Source: Treponemataceae bacterium
Lineage (GTDB): Bacteria > Spirochaetota > Spirochaetia > Treponematales > Rectinemataceae
Assembly (NCBI GenBank): GCA_963677895.2
Contig: CAXXGJ010000018.1
Span: forward strand, 160,001-224,000
Direction: 5' to 3'
Length of the DNA: 64,000 bases
Within the stretch, counting starts at the first letter, position 1, and each line of letters begins with the position of its first letter. Below, in pieces: positions 1 to 9,806 of the stretch. The notes below the pieces were generated by a model. That model made no database searches. It had not been told where the DNA came from and saw nothing but the letters and a program-made list of their open reading frames with translations. The position numbers were made by a program, and so were the translations under genes.

Positions 1-870
1 CGTCGCCCAAGAGGCAGGGAGGAGCATCCTTCGGCTTTTGAAGTCGCGGCGCGCGAAGCCAGGGAGATGGAAGTCAGGGAGATGGAGGCCAGGACCATCG
101 AGATCCCCGCCACGTCGGGCCCGCGGGATATCCCTGAAAAAACGGCCCAGCGAGCGATTCCCGCGGGAAAGACGATCACGACCATCACAATACCGAAGAG
201 AAACGGCCAGGAAGTAAAGTTCCTGGGGCCCGATGTAAAAGGCCAGCTCTATATGCCCGACGTTCTCATCACGGAAGAGCCTTCCTTGTTCCTTGCCCAG
301 AAGGACGAAAAGCGGCCGAACGAAATTCGGTCGAACGAAAAACAACAGCCTGATGACGAGCAGCCGCCGCAGAAACCGATCGCCCAGCCTCTGCCGGAAG
401 AAAAACCGCGGCTCGAGATACCGACAATCCAAAGAGCGCCGAGAAAGGAAAAGGCTCCGGAGCAGCGCCGTCAGGAATTTCTCTTTTCATTGGAGGAGGA
501 GCCGGTCAGAAAGGAAATGGCCATCCTCGTCGTGGACGACAGCGAGGCGAATCGCGACATCATGGGCAGGATGCTTTCGCTCCGCGGATACGCGGCGGAT
601 TTCGCGGCTTCGGGGGAGGATGCCCTTCCGCTCTGCGACGCCAGGAACTATGACATCATTTTCATGGACTGCTTCATGCCGGGCATGGATGGCTATAAAA
701 CGAGCGGCCTGCTGCGGGAGAAGCATCCGGGCATGAAAGCCAGGATAGTCGGAATGAGCGCGAGGATCGGGGACCAGGAACTCGAGCGCTGCCGGCTTTC
801 CGGAATGGACGCGCTGCTCGCCAAACCTTTTACGCTCAGGGATCTGCTCGCTCATATGGAAAAGAGCTGA
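1..870 (+). CDS. Response-regulator receiver-domain protein with long Pro/Glu-rich linker; probably 5'-truncated by the window edge
   Basis: Frame is open from base 1. C-terminal REC domain: ILVVDD...DIIFMDCFMPGMDG...MSA...LAKPF. Confidence 0.8.
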   Translation, partial: RRPRGREEHPSAFEVAAREAREMEVREMEARTIEIPATSGPRDIPEKTAQRAIPAGKTITTITIPKRNGQEVKFLGPDVKGQLYMPDVLITEEPSLFLAQKDEKRPNEIRSNEKQQPDDEQPPQKPIAQPLPEEKPRLEIPTIQRAPRKEKAPEQRRQEFLFSLEEEPVRKEMAILVVDDSEANRDIMGRMLSLRGYAADFAASGEDALPLCDARNYDIIFMDCFMPGMDGYKTSGLLREKHPGMKARIVGMSARIGDQELERCRLSGMDALLAKPFTLRDLLAHMEKS

Positions 871-907
871 GGGACTTTTCCCCGAAGTCAAAAATGTTTA
901 TCCTAGA

Positions 908-1546
908 ATGATGTCAGTTACCTCGATCATCAGAAAACCATTCCGCTATTCATATTTCAACGCGACGCTCTATATCATCGCGGCGAACATCCTGTTTTTC
1001 GCGGCGAGCTATATATTTCCCACGCTCAAGGCATACATGGCGCTGAATCCGATCGCCGTCCTCTCAGGCTATCTCTGGCAGCCCGTAACCTATATGTTCG
1101 CCCATGCCGATCTCACTCATCTTTTCGTCAACATGCTCGGGCTTTTTTTCTTTGGGACGCAGGTGGAACGAAGCATGGGCAGCAAGGAATTCCTATTATT
1201 CTATTTTTTGACCGGCACGCTGGCGGGGCTGGCGTCTTTCGGCATCTATGTCGCGACGGGGGCTTGGTACACGAGCCTTCTTGGCGCTTCCGGCGCCTTG
1301 TTCGCCGTGCTGCTCGCGTTCGCCATCGTCAATCCGGAAGCGCAGATTTACCTCTACGGACTCATCCCGATTCGGGCGCCTATAATGGTTATCGGCTATG
1401 CCGGCATAGAAGTGGCGTCCCAGCTTTTCAGCTTCAGGAGTTCAGTGGCCCATCTCACTCATCTCGCGGGATTTCTGTGGGCTTGGCTCTATTTTCTGGC
1501 CCGTTTCGGCATAAACCCGGCCAAACGCCTGTTCAGGCGCCGATAG
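908..1546 (+). CDS. Rhomboid family intramembrane serine protease
   Basis: WQPVTYMFAH, HLFVNM, catalytic GASG and AHLTHLAG motifs; hydrophobic helices. Confidence 0.92.
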   Translation: MMSVTSIIRKPFRYSYFNATLYIIAANILFFAASYIFPTLKAYMALNPIAVLSGYLWQPVTYMFAHADLTHLFVNMLGLFFFGTQVERSMGSKEFLLFYFLTGTLAGLASFGIYVATGAWYTSLLGASGALFAVLLAFAIVNPEAQIYLYGLIPIRAPIMVIGYAGIEVASQLFSFRSSVAHLTHLAGFLWAWLYFLARFGINPAKRLFRRR

Positions 1547-1553
1547 GCGAGCT

Positions 1554-2456
1554 TCACTTGAGGCGTTTTTTCTCGGCGGCCACATGCATGATTTCGAGAT
1601 CTTCCATTAGATGATCCACTAATTCCTGTTTCTTGTCATCCCTGAAATGGTGTTCATTCTTAACGTGGGCCATGAGATCTTCGCTTTTCTGGACGGCTCC
1701 CACCGTATAGACGACCTTGTCCGTATGGAGCATGTCGTCTTCCATTTCTCCGGAGGGATTTATCCTCAGAATATTCCCGTTGACCGCGACAAGGCAAAAA
1801 TTCTCGAATCCCTTGATGTACGAGGCGATTTCCCTCACGCCGCGCTTCGAACTCTGGTCCCATGGGCGATATCTGGTGCCCGCGGGGAATACGAGCACGA
1901 GTTTGCCTCGGACTTTTTCCACGTTGAGGGCTTTTACCGCCGCGCGGTTTATCGAAACGCTTCGCATGATTTCCCGGTACAGCTTGTTAGGATCCTTGAA
2001 ATGATTCTTGAGGATCTCTATGGAACGGCTGGGATAGATGACGATGCGGGTATAGGCCTGCGCGAAAGCGTTCACGACCGGATTGGATTCGCTGAGCTTT
2101 ATGCCCGCTATCGAAACGAGGGCTTTCGCCATGGTTTGGCCGGGGTCTCCCGATTTTCGAAGAATGAAGTGAAAGGCGGGCAAGTCGAAATTGGAGTAAT
2201 GCTCCAGAAGAAGAAGGCAGGATTCGCCTCTTTTGGCTCTTTCAAAGAGCTGCTCGAGGTTCGCAAAACCTTCGATGCCCGAACCGGGGAGAAGATGGTC
2301 TTCCAGTATCTGGTCTATGAAGGGGAGCAGTTCCGTACTGCCTTCCTGGTACACGTCTTTATCGGAAACCTGCTTCTGCTCGCTTATTTTGGTCATCATG
2401 CGAGTCAGGAGAGGCAAATATCGGTCTCGGATCGAATCCATCACATCTCCACTCAA
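1554..2456 (-). CDS. Glycerol-3-phosphate / 1-acylglycerol-3-phosphate acyltransferase family protein
   Basis: HX4D motif (EHYSNFD) and VFPAGTR motif. Confidence 0.85.
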   Translation of the reverse strand: MSGDVMDSIRDRYLPLLTRMMTKISEQKQVSDKDVYQEGSTELLPFIDQILEDHLLPGSGIEGFANLEQLFERAKRGESCLLLLEHYSNFDLPAFHFILRKSGDPGQTMAKALVSIAGIKLSESNPVVNAFAQAYTRIVIYPSRSIEILKNHFKDPNKLYREIMRSVSINRAAVKALNVEKVRGKLVLVFPAGTRYRPWDQSSKRGVREIASYIKGFENFCLVAVNGNILRINPSGEMEDDMLHTDKVVYTVGAVQKSEDLMAHVKNEHHFRDDKKQELVDHLMEDLEIMHVAAEKKRLK

Positions 2457-2662
2457 TACCGGCTAAACACTAACTATATGTATGAAAACCGCCATTGTCA
2501 ATTTGGGGCACAGTATTGAAAAGTTTGAATATTGGAATGTTGGGTTTCCTCAACCTTTATCAACAAGCTTCGACGCGTAGACTCTGGTTTGAGGCTTGAA
2601 CCTAACCTATAGTTGAATCTGGCGGTACACAAAGGCTTTCGCGTCATGCTTGGAGAAAATAA

Positions 2663-4564
2663 ATGAAAGAACATCTGAAAGATGCGCTTCGCATTTCAGG
2701 CATCTACGCCTTGGTGGGTTCGATTTGGATTCTGCTTTCCGATGAACTGTTGCTTGTATTCGCTAAAAACCAAGAGACCATGAAAAATATCGCGATGTTT
2801 AAAGGCTGGGCTTACGTCTTCCTGACGTCTTTTCTGTTGTTCATGCTTCTCAAGAGAAAACTTGCCATGCTCAATGTCGCCAGAGACAAAGCGATTGAAT
2901 CCGGCGAAAGGGTTACCGAGCAGATGCATTCGCTTTCCTCCCTTTTCGATACGGCACAGATGCTCGCGGAAAAAACCGATATCAAGGCTCGCGCGGATAA
3001 TGTCGTCCAAGTCTGCGTTGATCGTTTGGGCGTCACGTTCGCCTGGATTGGAAAAGCGGGAAAGGACGGCGGAGTCGAGCTTCTGGGCCAGTGTCCCGCC
3101 GACAGTCGATATGCCAGCTTTATATCGCTGTGCTGGGACAATACCCTGGAAGGCGGAAGTCTTGCCGACATGGCCATTAAAAAAAGTTCACCGATCATCC
3201 TCAGCAATCTTCTACGAGATCCATCCTTTGGGGACTGGCATGATCAGATCCATGGACTGGGTTTTGAGTCAGTCGCGGTGCTGCCGCTTGTCGCCAAGGG
3301 CAATATTTTCGGTGTCCTTGTCCTCTGCAGTGAAAAGCCCTCATTCTTCCAGGAAGACCGCGTGCGTCTTTTTAACGCCCTCGCGAATCTGGCTGCCACC
3401 AATCTTGAGAACGCTCGTCTCCTCGAGGAAACCCAGCGCAGGCTCGAGCATATCCAGGTGTTGCACCGCATAGATTTGGCAATCAGCGGAAGCGGGAAAG
3501 AGAAGGGAGTCTTCGATGTCGCGCTCGACGCGATAATAAGCCAGTTGAAAGTCGACGCCGTGGCCATTCTCGGCTATAACGCCACCGAGCGCCGCCTTGA
3601 ATTCGCCGCGGGCAGAGGTTTCCCGCCTGGCGTCATCGAGTCGATGACCGGCGAGGATGTGGACATCCTGCCCAGGACTGCCATCAGGGAGGAGAGGATT
3701 GTGCATATTCCTTATCTTGCCGGACTGGAGCGCAGCGATAGATTGAATGTCTTCATCAAGGAAGGGTTCGTCGCCTACTACGCCATTCCCTTGTCGGCGA
3801 AGGGGCGAGTGCTGGGCGTCCTTGAGTTGTACAGCAGGACTTCCTTCAATGATGACGAGGAATGGAAAGAATTCCTCGAAACGCTGGCTGTCCAGACAAC
3901 CTTGGCTTTTGACAATCTGGAGATGCTGAGAACTCTGGAAAAATCGAACGCCGAGCTAATTCAAGCCTATGACGCCACGATCGAGGCGCTCTCTTTCGCC
4001 CTCGATCTGAAGGACAGCGAAACGAAATGGCACAGCAAAAGGGTTTCCGACCTGACGATGCTCATGGCTAACTCCCTGGGGCTGGAAGGTGAACGCCTGG
4101 TTCAAATTCGAAGGGGCGCGCTGCTCCATGACATCGGGAAGATGGGTATCCCCGATAGCGTACTGCTCAAGCCTGGCGCCCTCGACGACGACGAGATGGC
4201 GATAATGAGGAAGCATCCCGTCTATGCCTATCAGATGCTTTCGCGTATAGACTATCTGCGGCCTTCTCTCGACATTCCCTACGCTCACCACGAAAAATGG
4301 GACGGATCCGGTTATCCTCGCGGCCTAAAGGGCGCCGAGATTCCCCTGGCCGCGCGCATATTCGCCATAGTCGACGTATACGACGCGTTGACGAGCAATA
4401 GGCCATATCGGAAAGCGTGGACGAAGGAGAGAGCCTTGGCGGAGATATCATCTTTGAGCGGCGAACACTTCGACCCAGAGATAGTGAAAGCTTTCTTCGC
4501 TCTCCAAGTGGCGAACCCCCAGGCCTTCGATCTTTACGGGAACGATAGCGCATCCATCGATTGA
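2663..4564 (+). CDS. Membrane-anchored GAF-GAF-HD-GYP cyclic di-GMP phosphodiesterase
   Basis: Two N-terminal TM segments; two GAF domains (LPLVAKGNIFGVL, IPLSAKGRVLGVL); LLHDIGK, HHEKWDGSGYP and AIVDVYDALTSNRPYR motifs. Confidence 0.92.
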   Translation: MKEHLKDALRISGIYALVGSIWILLSDELLLVFAKNQETMKNIAMFKGWAYVFLTSFLLFMLLKRKLAMLNVARDKAIESGERVTEQMHSLSSLFDTAQMLAEKTDIKARADNVVQVCVDRLGVTFAWIGKAGKDGGVELLGQCPADSRYASFISLCWDNTLEGGSLADMAIKKSSPIILSNLLRDPSFGDWHDQIHGLGFESVAVLPLVAKGNIFGVLVLCSEKPSFFQEDRVRLFNALANLAATNLENARLLEETQRRLEHIQVLHRIDLAISGSGKEKGVFDVALDAIISQLKVDAVAILGYNATERRLEFAAGRGFPPGVIESMTGEDVDILPRTAIREERIVHIPYLAGLERSDRLNVFIKEGFVAYYAIPLSAKGRVLGVLELYSRTSFNDDEEWKEFLETLAVQTTLAFDNLEMLRTLEKSNAELIQAYDATIEALSFALDLKDSETKWHSKRVSDLTMLMANSLGLEGERLVQIRRGALLHDIGKMGIPDSVLLKPGALDDDEMAIMRKHPVYAYQMLSRIDYLRPSLDIPYAHHEKWDGSGYPRGLKGAEIPLAARIFAIVDVYDALTSNRPYRKAWTKERALAEISSLSGEHFDPEIVKAFFALQVANPQAFDLYGNDSASID

Positions 4565-4596
4565 AGCCGAAAAAGCTTGTGGCACGATCGGAAAAC

Positions 4597-4636
4597 GAAA
4601 AAGGAGCGAAAGTCGTCTGACTTCCGCTCCTTTTTC
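4597..4636. terminator. Bidirectional intrinsic terminator between the HD-GYP gene and asd
   Basis: GAAAAAGGAGCG...CGCTCCTTTTTC inverted repeat with A/T tails, between convergent genes. Confidence 0.8.
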
Positions 4637-4666
4637 CTTAATATCATGTGGCGACTTTTACCTTCT

Positions 4667-5689
<1,023 letters not shown>

Positions 5690-5718
5690 GATAGTATTTC
5701 TCCTTTCTTCTATGTGTT

Positions 5719-6933
5719 TTATCGAAGCGCGTTGAGGGCGGTGGCCAGTTTGGCGACGCCGCGCTCGCACTCGGCTGTGGAGCAGGAATAAGCGATTCGC
5801 AGATACCCTTCGCCGGCGTCGCCGAAGACGCTTCCGGCTACCGTGGCGATTCCGTAGTCGTTGATGAGATAGTCCGCCATCTCGGCCGAGCTTTTGCCGA
5901 AGGACTTGATGTTGGGGAAAAGGTAGAAGGCGCCGAGCGGTTCCACGACGCTCACGCCCTGGATGGCGCGCAGCCCCTTGAGCATGATGGCGCGGCGTTT
6001 CGCGAATTCCCCGACCATTTCGTCGACACAGGTCTGATCGGCGGTGAGCGCGAGCGCGGCTCCGTGCTGTATGAAGGTGTTCACGCAGACGGTGGTATAC
6101 TGCCGCACTTTCAGGATGGCGCGGGTGAGGGGCTCAGAAGCCACCGTCCAGCCCAGCCTCCATCCGTCCATGGAGTAGGTCTTGGAGAAGCCGTTGATGA
6201 TGATAGTCCGCTCGGCCATGCCGGGAATCGAATAGATGCTCGGCGCGACTGAACCTTCGCCGTAATAGATGCGCGAGTAAATTTCGTCGGAAAGGACGAG
6301 GAGGTTGTGGTTGATCGCGATCTTCGCGAGCGCGAGGAGGCTTTCCTTGCTTTGGATGCAGCCGGTGGGATTGCCCGGCGAGGTGATGCAGAGCATTTTC
6401 GTTTTGCTCGTGATCTTGCTTTCCACTTCGGCGGGATCCATAGCGAATCCATTGGCCTCGGTGGCCGTGACTTCCACGGGAACTCCCCCGGCGAGGGAGA
6501 CGCAGGACTTGTAGTGATGCCAGTTGGGATTGGCGATGATGACTTCGTCGCCGGGATTGATGAAGGCGAGCATGGAAACGAGGATGCCTTCGTTCGCGCC
6601 GGCCATGACGATGGCCTGTTTTTCGCCGTCCACGGGTACCCCGTTGTCGAGGGCGGTGCGGGCGCCTATGGCGCGTCGCAGGGAGGGTATGCCGAGATTC
6701 GGCGCGTAGTGCACTTCGCCGCGCTGGAGGGCGTCGGCGGCCGCCTGCTTGATGTGGGCCGGCGTGTCGAAATCGGGACGTCCTATCTGCCAGTGGATCA
6801 CGTCACGGCCTGCCGCTTCGAGTTCCTTGACCTTGTCGAACACCTTTCTGATGCCGGAGAAGGGTACGATCTTGAGCCTGTCGGACATCATGTCCTCAGG
6901 GTTGAATATTGTAGTGCCGACGCTGGATGCCAT
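5719..6933 (-). CDS. PLP-dependent aminotransferase class I/II (aspartate aminotransferase-like)
   Basis: IGRPDFDTP, GNPTG, SDEIY and FSKTYSMDGWRLG (PLP lysine) motifs. Confidence 0.92.
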   Translation of the reverse strand: MASSVGTTIFNPEDMMSDRLKIVPFSGIRKVFDKVKELEAAGRDVIHWQIGRPDFDTPAHIKQAAADALQRGEVHYAPNLGIPSLRRAIGARTALDNGVPVDGEKQAIVMAGANEGILVSMLAFINPGDEVIIANPNWHHYKSCVSLAGGVPVEVTATEANGFAMDPAEVESKITSKTKMLCITSPGNPTGCIQSKESLLALAKIAINHNLLVLSDEIYSRIYYGEGSVAPSIYSIPGMAERTIIINGFSKTYSMDGWRLGWTVASEPLTRAILKVRQYTTVCVNTFIQHGAALALTADQTCVDEMVGEFAKRRAIMLKGLRAIQGVSVVEPLGAFYLFPNIKSFGKSSAEMADYLINDYGIATVAGSVFGDAGEGYLRIAYSCSTAECERGVAKLATALNALR

Positions 6934-6944
6934 GGAGATCCTCC

Positions 6945-8567
6945 TTATTTATGCTTGCGAAGAATGAGTTTTTCGTATTCCGACGGATCGATATGCGCCT
7001 CGACGATGACCGGCCCTTCGGCGGCGAAGGCTTTGTCCAGCGCCGCCTTGTACTGGGCGGCGTCGTCGGCGCGGATGACGGGAACGCCGAACACGTAGTT
7101 CGAGGTCGGGCATTCGTCTTCGTAGAGCACCGTCGAATTGGCGGGGAAGCCTTTGTGGCTTTGCTTTAACCTAATGAGTTCGAGGTTCTGATCGGCGAGG
7201 ACGATGAATACTATGGAAAGTTTTCGCCTTCGCGCGACGGCCATCTCTCCGGCCATCATGAGGAAGCTGCCGTCGCCCGTGACGCAGGCGACCTTCTTGT
7301 CGGGGCGGCAGAGTTTGGCGGCGATGGCAGCGGGGACGCTGAAGCCCATCGAGGAGCAGCCGTTCGTCATGAGCTGGAGGCCGGGCGCCGGAGTGCGCCA
7401 CATCTGTCCGATAAGGTGGGTGTGGGCGCCTACGTCGCAGGCCATGATGCCGTCCTGCGGCAGGGTTTCCCTCAGTATGGCCAGGGCCGCTCGCGGGCCG
7501 AAACTGCCGGGAGGCGGAGTCAGGTCTTCGAACATCTTCCGCCGGCGTTCGGCGAGGGCTTTTTTATCCCAGGCCGAATCGAGGGCGGGGAGAGCGACGA
7601 GGCGGCTCAACGAGGCCGGAATATTGCCGACGATATCGTGGACTTCGCGATAGACGCTTCGGTCGATGTCGGCTTCCACGGTGTCCAGATGGAGGAGTGG
7701 GACCGCGGGCATCCAGTCCTCGAAATTGAATTCCACGGGATCGTAGCCGACGGCCACGACGAGATCGGCGTCGCGGTGGGTTTCCGCGACCCTGTCGCTG
7801 AGGGCGTGGAAGAGGACTCCTGCATACCAGGGATGGTCTTCCGAAATGATGCCTTTGGCCATGGGAGTGAGGATGACAGGAATGCCGTGTTTCTCCGCCA
7901 GCTGTATGATGAGGCTTCCTGCCTTGCTTCGGACGGCCGACAAACCGACCGCCAGGACGGGGCGGCGCGATCGGGCGAAAACCTCTTCCATCGACGAGAG
8001 CGTGGCTTCGTCGGCGGTCTGGGGTTGGGCGGGCGCCGTCAATGCCCTTGTTCCCAGGTTTTGGGAAATGGCTTTGCGGGAACCCAAATCCTCCGGCAAA
8101 CCGATATGCACCGGTCCGGGGACTTCGCTCGTGGCGATCCTGAGCGCCTGGTCGACAATCTGATCGACTCTCTCGGCGGTGAGTCTGGTGGTCCACTTCG
8201 TGAGCGGGCGGAAGAGCGCCTGCTGGTCGATGGCCATCTGAACCGTGCGTCCGATCATCTTTTCGGGCGGTTCGCTCGAAAGCGCGATCATGGGCGATCG
8301 ATCCAGCAGCGCGTTGACGACCCCCGTGCTGAGATTGGTGGCGCCCGGTCCGACGGTGCCGTAACAGACCGCCGGAACACCGGTGAGTCTCGCGCAGACA
8401 TCGGCCATGAATCCGCCCGAGGCTTCATTGCTGACAAGCACGAAGTCCAGGCCTTCTTTTCTCATCGCTTCCATATAATAGAGCCATGAGCCGCTTGGCA
8501 CCCCGAATACGAAGCGGATGCCTTTCTCACGGAAACGCTTGACCAACTGTTCGGCAACTGTCCCCAT
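6945..8567 (-). CDS. Thiamine-diphosphate-dependent enzyme (acetolactate synthase-like family; probable 2-oxoacid decarboxylase/lyase)
   Basis: FVFGVPS, catalytic Glu in VSNEASG, GPGATN, DVGAH, SMGF, GDGSFLM. Distinct from the true ilvB at 37077. Confidence 0.85.
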   Translation of the reverse strand: MGTVAEQLVKRFREKGIRFVFGVPSGSWLYYMEAMRKEGLDFVLVSNEASGGFMADVCARLTGVPAVCYGTVGPGATNLSTGVVNALLDRSPMIALSSEPPEKMIGRTVQMAIDQQALFRPLTKWTTRLTAERVDQIVDQALRIATSEVPGPVHIGLPEDLGSRKAISQNLGTRALTAPAQPQTADEATLSSMEEVFARSRRPVLAVGLSAVRSKAGSLIIQLAEKHGIPVILTPMAKGIISEDHPWYAGVLFHALSDRVAETHRDADLVVAVGYDPVEFNFEDWMPAVPLLHLDTVEADIDRSVYREVHDIVGNIPASLSRLVALPALDSAWDKKALAERRRKMFEDLTPPPGSFGPRAALAILRETLPQDGIMACDVGAHTHLIGQMWRTPAPGLQLMTNGCSSMGFSVPAAIAAKLCRPDKKVACVTGDGSFLMMAGEMAVARRRKLSIVFIVLADQNLELIRLKQSHKGFPANSTVLYEDECPTSNYVFGVPVIRADDAAQYKAALDKAFAAEGPVIVEAHIDPSEYEKLILRKHK

Positions 8568-8657
8568 AGTGTTCCCCTATTTACTGCAGTTCGAAGGATG
8601 GTTTCCGCTAGCTCTACAATTACGCAAAGATAAAGGTAAAGTAGGTGTATACTAAAA

Positions 8658-8690
8658 TATATCACACATCCTATATCATATATCTTATCA
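8658..8690 (-). promoter_or_regulatory. Putative GntR operator: heptamer (N)GATATA array upstream of the ThDP enzyme operon
   Basis: Minus strand reads TGATA AGATATA TGATATA GGATGTG TGATATA. The 13-mer TATGATATAGGAT recurs at 9687-9699. Confidence 0.65.
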
Positions 8691-8844
8691 TGACACTTTC
8701 AAATAGACAAGATAGAATTGAAGAAGTTTGAAAAATCGCCACGTTTCATATCATTCTGTACAGCTTATTGAATCGATGATATATTATATCGGAATAGAGA
8801 CTTCATTCGGATCTTAACGCTGAAAAGAAAGGCCTGGTGTCCAC

Positions 8845-9510
8845 ATGACGAGAAAAATAGTGACGCTTTCCATGCGCGACCAGATTTATGACGCGCTGCG
8901 GGATTCCATTCTCAAGAATGCCTATGCTCCCAATTCGGTGCTGCCGATCGATCGGCTGGCGGAGGATTTCGGCGTCAGCGCTACCCCGGTGAGGGAAGCG
9001 CTCGTACGGCTTGAGGCGGAAAGTCTCGTGACGCTCATTCCCAATAAAGGCGCCATAGTCACCGATATCCAGGCCGACGATATCCTCAACAACTGGGAGA
9101 TGAGGCAGCTCCTCGAACCTTACGCGGCGGGGAAAAGCGCCAGCCTGATCCCGGACAGCGAGGTGGAGGCGATACGCGGCGAGATCCTCAGCATTAAGCA
9201 ATCTCCCTTCAACAATGACCGATATGTGGCTTCGGACACTAAAATGCATGAGATTCTCTATATCCATCTGCCGAATACGTTTCTCAAGGATACGATCAGG
9301 CGAGTGCATCAGATGTCGATAAGGATTCGCTATTTCCCCGAGGATTCCCCGGCCATGCACGAGCAGATCGTCAACGAGGTCCTCCAGGAGCATCTTTCCA
9401 TCATCGAAGCGCTCAAGACCCGGGACCCGGCCAAGGTGTCCGAAAGCGTGCAGACACATCTTCGCAACGGCGAAAAGCGCGCCATGGCCGCGCTCCTCCG
9501 AAAGCGTTGA
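8845..9510 (+). CDS. GntR family (FCD domain) transcriptional regulator
   Basis: LAEDFGVSATPVREALVRLE wHTH; FCD motifs EMRQLLEP, DTKMH and EHLSIIEAL. Confidence 0.93.
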   Translation: MTRKIVTLSMRDQIYDALRDSILKNAYAPNSVLPIDRLAEDFGVSATPVREALVRLEAESLVTLIPNKGAIVTDIQADDILNNWEMRQLLEPYAAGKSASLIPDSEVEAIRGEILSIKQSPFNNDRYVASDTKMHEILYIHLPNTFLKDTIRRVHQMSIRIRYFPEDSPAMHEQIVNEVLQEHLSIIEALKTRDPAKVSESVQTHLRNGEKRAMAALLRKR

Positions 9511-9686
9511 CCTGGGCGGCGCGCCGAAAGGCAGGCCGCTTTCAACCGTTCTCTTCCTTTATATCCGCGTCCATCGACGTAAGATTCCCTATTCCCAAGA
9601 GATTTCTTCCCGGTTCATGGATTTTCCAAATACCGAAAATCTTCATTTTTTGTACCTTGCGTGATAGATGAACTCATGATATTATT

Positions 9687-9709
9687 TATGATATAGGATA
9701 TAGGATATA
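9687..9709 (+). promoter_or_regulatory. Putative GntR operator upstream of the TAXI-TRAP operon
   Basis: TA TGATATA GGATATA GGATATA; same heptamer as at 8658-8690. Confidence 0.65.
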
Positions 9710-9806
9710 ATTATCTATAACCCGGAGGCCGAGTATCCGAACATAAGGCCAATGGGAAGGCTGCCCGCGACGAGCGGGCTAAAGCAATGTAAAGATAGGG
9801 GGAACT

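Noticed and set aside
2460..2662. Possible c-di-GMP riboswitch upstream of the HD-GYP gene
   Set aside because: No GEMM-type consensus or convincing stems.
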